Source of the DNA: Balanoglossus misakiensis | Lineage: Eukaryota; Animalia; Hemichordata | DNA: 64,000 nucleotides | Assembly (NCBI GenBank): GCA_040954595.2 | Contig: CM082587.2 | Coordinates: 9,739,403-9,803,402 of the forward strand | Direction: 5' to 3' | Shown here: in pieces, positions 61,601 to 64,000 of the stretch | Layout of the letters: each line of letters starts with the position of its first letter | Position numbering within the stretch: the stretch's first letter is position 1 | Notes under the pieces: generated by a model | Databases searched by the model: none | The model's input: only the letters and a program-made list of their open reading frames with translations | What the model was told of the DNA's origin: nothing | Made by a program: the position numbers and the translations under genes

Positions 61601-63978
61601 GATACAGACAAAGAAGAACCGGTTATCACTTTGTCACATTCGTCAACCGGTGCGTTACACTCAGAACATTTTAGCTGATTACAGAGCTCATCAAGACAAC
61701 TTTCAAAGACGATGTATTTGTGTTCATGTATAAAGTCTTTAGTCTCAAGTTCTGATTCTGACTCTGTTTCACTCTCACTGCCTGGTTCGTAGTCTGGATC
61801 ACGCTGGATATTCTGTTGTCGTGATGCTGGTGTACTGGAAGGGCTGTCAAACTCGGAGGTGTCAAGTGTGTCGTTCATACCTTTCATCGGTGTGGAGTGG
61901 TTTATGGAGTTCGACGATGTTTTACGCGGTGATGAAAAACTTACTGCATCGTATTTAGACTTCTTTTGGGGTGGTTCACTGGCATCACTGTTGGCGTTTT
62001 GTTGAACTGGCGAAGAAAGCTGTTCCGGTGATAAAATGATCACTGCATCTGTCTGCGTTTCGATACTTCGTGTATGCACCACTCTTTCAGGTACATGTAC
62101 ATGTATGTCGTTTTCGAAAGGATTGTTTCCGCTTGAATGAAGTTCGCTTTCTACTTCTGAGTTGTCGGTGGAGTGTAGAGCCTGTGTGACCCCAAAAAAA
62201 GAGTAGAAAAATGTTATTCTCTGGGATTTCACCGGTTGTCATATTTATTTGAAACAAACACATGAAGATAAAGACTTGAACGACATATAACGAAGCCATG
62301 CGATAATTTTTGACATTTAGTCACCCATGTCATAAAAGGGATCCCTATTGATTTCCCGAAAGAATAGAAAGTAAACCTATTGACACTCTCGCGAAAATGT
62401 CAACCACACGTTTCTACCATCCTTTCTTTTTAAATCAAGTACATGAACGTTGATAAACAGTTGTGAAAAGATGCGGCTTTGTTGATCAAAGGGAGGCAGA
62501 AACTCCGATTGTCATGTTTCGAGTACATCTGTGGTGCTTCCGAATGGTACAGGTGGTCGTTTTTGTCTTTGGGAATGGTTTTGCGATGCATTCACAGCTT
62601 GGGTACGCGACAAAAACAGTGTTTACTAGTATTTCCGCCACACTACTTTCTTCCGATCAGAGTTTTGATTTACAGTGCCAAAAATTCGGTTTCGCGGTTT
62701 TGATCAAAGGAAATCAGGAGCCCAGACTGTTTCGACAATTTTTGCTGTGAAGTTTTTTTGCAATATGCTTCACGATATAGGGCTTTGTTGAACTTGAAAA
62801 TTTCCCAAGCAAAAGTATTATCCACCTCAGCAATAAGCACCGAAATTTAAAAAATATCACTACATACGGTGGCCTAATCAAGGAAAAGACATTTCCAGTA
62901 TTCTGTAATTATTTTTTTAACGAAATATGAGATGCGTTGTACGGCGCGTCGCACTGTGTATTGACGTATGGCATGAGATACAACCGTTTTTTCTCATGGA
63001 TCCGAAGTGCATCGACGAGTAGCTATGAATGCGATGAACGGTATTTTGACAAGAATTGAAATATCGAAAGATGCAATTTTAAAATACATCCATCAAATGC
63101 ACGATTTAAAACATATACATTTCATAAATAGATTAGAGGTTTTAGAAATACGACAACTTGGCCCAACTTTAACAGTAACGCGGATGCATCACCTTTTGTG
63201 GCTTTATGTAGGGCGAATAAAAGCTGAAGAAAATTACGCTGATCGCGGAAAACGAAACATTTCAATTTAAATTACGGATGATTTCACTCACCTTTCCTTC
63301 AGTTGTCAACACCAATGTTGGTACGGACCCGGCTATCAGCGTCTTTCGTTTTGGGATATACCCAAGAAGTTCGGCTTTCAAATCTCGCTGGAGACAGGAC
63401 TTTTCAAAATGGTCTTCACATACCACCTTGTTCCTCCCAAACTTAAATTCGGCAACAGAACAGGATATGCCAATGTTTGACAACCACTTTTCAGCCAGAA
63501 TTGCATTTTGACTGTCAACCGCAGGATCGGGAACTTTTTCCCTTGTTTTTGCACCCACTTGCAAGGCAGCCAGCCATGTCAACTGTCTGAGTACGTGTGC
63601 GCGCGCACGGTGGCGTCTGCTACTGGTGCGTAGTTTGTGACGTCACACTGCATATCGAGATCGACGCTACACTGCTGCGCGATAAGTGAAAGTGAATAAA
63701 ATCGACGCAAATCACTCATGTTTTTCACAAAGATTTTATTAGAACCTCTCTGCAAGGAAGGTGTCGGTTCACTTTAAAGTTTACATCTGTCTGTCAAGAG
63801 TAGTAATTATTATAAGTCCTGCATAAATAGCAAGAACATACAATTGCATTAATTTTCACATTTTATCTTTGTCATTGCAGGTATTAAATGGATGGACTGC
63901 ACGACATTGGTCAGTGCATCTATTGATCAAAGGGTCAATGTATGGACTGTTCATGTTCATTCACATGAAATAACAGGG
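39822..63978 (+). CDS. WDR6: WD repeat-containing protein 6-like (Trm734 homologue), C-terminal exons only; continues past the window
   Basis: Exons 39822-40007 (IQCGGGHRSY), 53257-53386 (HWREIT...ATASEDTT), 54142-54550 (HISCVK...LFSAGGRA...SSDACLR), 55294-55805 (GGTDGRL...HQSGVNSI), 57606-57749 (ASGGDDNAI...AHAAQITG), 63881-63978 (SASIDQRVNVW); all GT-AG with consistent phases. Confidence 0.88.
40533..40966. mobile_element. Foldback element (P/Galileo-like), almost entirely palindromic
   Basis: CACAGGGAACTCAG...CTGAGTTCCCTGTG; ~210-bp arms around a 7-nt loop (40742-40748); 7-bp TSD TAGACAC. Confidence 0.8.
41293..41918. repeat. Tandem duplication (~332-bp unit with an internal ~65-bp duplication)
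   Basis: CATGAGTACCAATCAGGAAGTAAAATATTCACTG at ~41293 and ~41626. Confidence 0.9.
42199..43707 (-). CDS. Intronless condensation-domain / alcohol acetyltransferase-like (CoA-dependent acyltransferase) protein, 502 aa
   Basis: Intact ORF; AL..L.KKHSAL.S, GPLWNCTIL, catalytic-type FHHSLTDG (HHxxxDG), LK.L.RQHNV.LNS.L, ISNAG, GKL.VSLQYD. Confidence 0.85.
   Translation of the reverse strand: MFLAILRAQAITKAPVLARHGKFAAAMQIPRFITSQGTNDRTALAPYFRKMNAPERMYDVFSQYRLWPVVIHLQLNCKVEITKDIVHKALDNLRKKHSALSSRVIVLHDEDGRETDRCFAEMTNGGSVDLRVSGLTVNDDVGTAISRSGSNAINCLQGPLWNCTILQGEWTKNDTGDRESYKAAVTFQFHHSLTDGVGASSYVNQFVENLNDIVDGSFETNIQQRIQRVPFPRAAQDLIATPETISVTEKDNDKMLVESAPPLCFSDISDDYDTNVETKCITFEISENLLSKLKQLTRQHNVNLNSTLLALFLSAFAKIVNDGKPMDVKLDVARTLRKHFKENFTDLGLYNTTEKLTTNVNQASIGDEYFWKLARRLKENLDDRVSGPPPISQLTEFQYDRTRELIQLAKQQNNSIKDVLYISNAGQLTFLECHNDRKVSVEKIHRGTRGTLLGTCAIGIAGLSGKLMVSLQYDTNNDMHRRGTAMLYTEEIKRMFESISLV
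46301..47707 (-). CDS. Intronless RING-filamin-NHL (TRIM2/3/71-like) E3 ligase lacking B-box and coiled coil, 468 aa
   Basis: RING CSICLE..PKALPCLHTFC..CL...CPECR; filamin repeat DNRDGTH.V...G.Y.V...I....I.GSP; NHL repeats (GQYDNPWSVA, GKFHWPWGIVV, FVADSDN.CIQVF). Confidence 0.9.
   Translation of the reverse strand: MQCTYKMSVGSRFLREVGEDLCCSICLELFETPKALPCLHTFCQRCLVALVANTRSLTCPECRQQYRLPGNGIPGFKTNFLIAKLTESFKQRQLETALCISKCTVQNTPKQLLKGDSAHLLITTRDSTGKQVLPTQPVKAKVRKPDASWEDIKVSDNRDGTHRVTVNGRMDGKYQVAMTIGDQAIPGSPVIIPVIKRLVQTIGSRGSAEGQYDNPWSVAINKDKDIVTTDTYNNRLQITTREGRVKKILKFTQFDKPFRPRDITISSDNTHYSLDDNNMQVVVSDENGRVIRCFGQNELKDPFGISISPVNGNVYVTDKGGQCVSIYTQHGKYIRSFGSVGESQGKFHWPWGIVVGRSGMVFVADSDNMCIQVFNSDDQFLYSFDCQSGDGQLRDPRGIIIENDKYVYVSTDSPSSILKFESGGKFVCRIDRDEDQLYSPTGMALTDDAPCRVVVAVTSSHCIKVFEQ
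47825..48012. mobile_element. PIF/Harbinger-type MITE
   Basis: GGGGGAAACCATTTGATTT / AAATCAAATGGTTCTCCCC; TAA TSD. Confidence 0.75.
49267..50360. mobile_element. Kolobok-type non-autonomous element carrying a ~590-bp nested insert (~49720-50310)
   Basis: Same family as 29227-29730 with TTAA on both sides; the extra segment has no TIRs (possibly Crypton-like, low confidence). Confidence 0.75.
50961..52701 (-). mobile_element. Tc1/mariner element with a degraded transposase (~52262-51290), inserted in a reverse-strand HINE-like repeat
   Basis: 28-bp TIRs TAGACCCGCCAAT(A/G)AGTATTTA(A/C)GCACC; TA TSDs; HTH...RSGRPR, PTVKFGGGSVMVWGCF, FQQDNAP, WPAQSPDLSPI.NLW; several frameshifts. Confidence 0.9.
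55108..55216. repeat. (ACAT)n microsatellite
   Basis: Direct observation. Confidence 0.95.
55882..56124. mobile_element. AcademH-type MITE (9-bp TSD)
   Basis: TAGTCTGGTCCCCTGCCCCAT...ATGGGGCAGGGGACCAGACTA; TSD GCTGCTCTA. Confidence 0.85.
57111..57460. mobile_element. Kolobok-type TTAA MITE
   Basis: TTAA|AGGGGCAAAGTCTCTCTC...GAGAGAGACTTTGTCCCT|TTAA. Confidence 0.8.
59186..60078 (+). CDS. KolX accessory protein (resembles the P2X7 intracellular domain), 2 exons
   Basis: Exon 1 59186-59592 (YEPEY, WCSCGKC.VM...EC.CC.E, CIT..); exon 2 59895-60078 (AYRQF..W...RLGK.NRRVLPSCVV..IRE.FP...G.YTGYK). Confidence 0.88.
60262..63577 (-). CDS. Kolobok THAP-DDE transposase (THAP exon 63577-63291; core exon ~62181-60262); THAP start frameshifted
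   Basis: MAGCLASGC...KW...VCEDHF...L..GSVPT (THAP); GDGRCDSPGYNAKY, ATDRH, QFDVWH, HTGALEVYHS..KYAPKR. Confidence 0.88.
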
Positions 63979-64000
63979 GTGAGTGTTTCACTTTAAGTTC

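Larger units (their letters stand above)
58951..63773 (-). mobile_element. Full-length Kolobok DNA transposon in a WDR6 intron
   Basis: ~145-bp near-perfect TIRs (AG(C/T)GAACCGACACCTTCCTTGCAGAGAGG...); TTAA TSDs (58947-58950, 63774-63777); convergent transposase and KolX genes. Confidence 0.93.

Overview
AT-rich, intron-containing eukaryotic DNA from a marine invertebrate; a hemichordate-like deuterostome is an inference from the gene and transposon families present. The window is dominated by nested mobile elements. The main feature is a complete 11.2-kb DNA transposon (2901-14121) with CAC...GTG termini and a 4-bp AACC target-site duplication (TSD). It encodes a 10-exon, ~1059-aa RAG1-like transposase (Chapa/RAG1-N zinc finger, RING, zinc finger, DDE core; Chapaev/N-RAG-TP type). 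Its terminal repeats are bipartite and asymmetric: a CAC(A/G)GC(C/T)GT terminus followed by a perfectly conserved 25-bp block set 18 bp from one end and 27 bp from the other, reminiscent of the 12/23 recombination signal sequence (RSS) layout. This copy sits in a Helentron-type tandem-repeat element and is interrupted by an Academ-like insertion. Also present: a DIRS-like remnant, a truncated ISL2EU element, a CR1/L2 LINE, a Tc1 element with unusual catalytic spacing, a near-intact Kolobok (THAP-DDE plus KolX), many MITEs, a P-like foldback element, and the 3' exons of a WDR6-like host gene. One 13-kb intron of that gene holds two intronless antisense genes: an HHxxxDG condensation/acyltransferase and a RING-filamin-NHL protein lacking its B-box and coiled coil. 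All calls come from reading the sequence by eye; no database searches were run.
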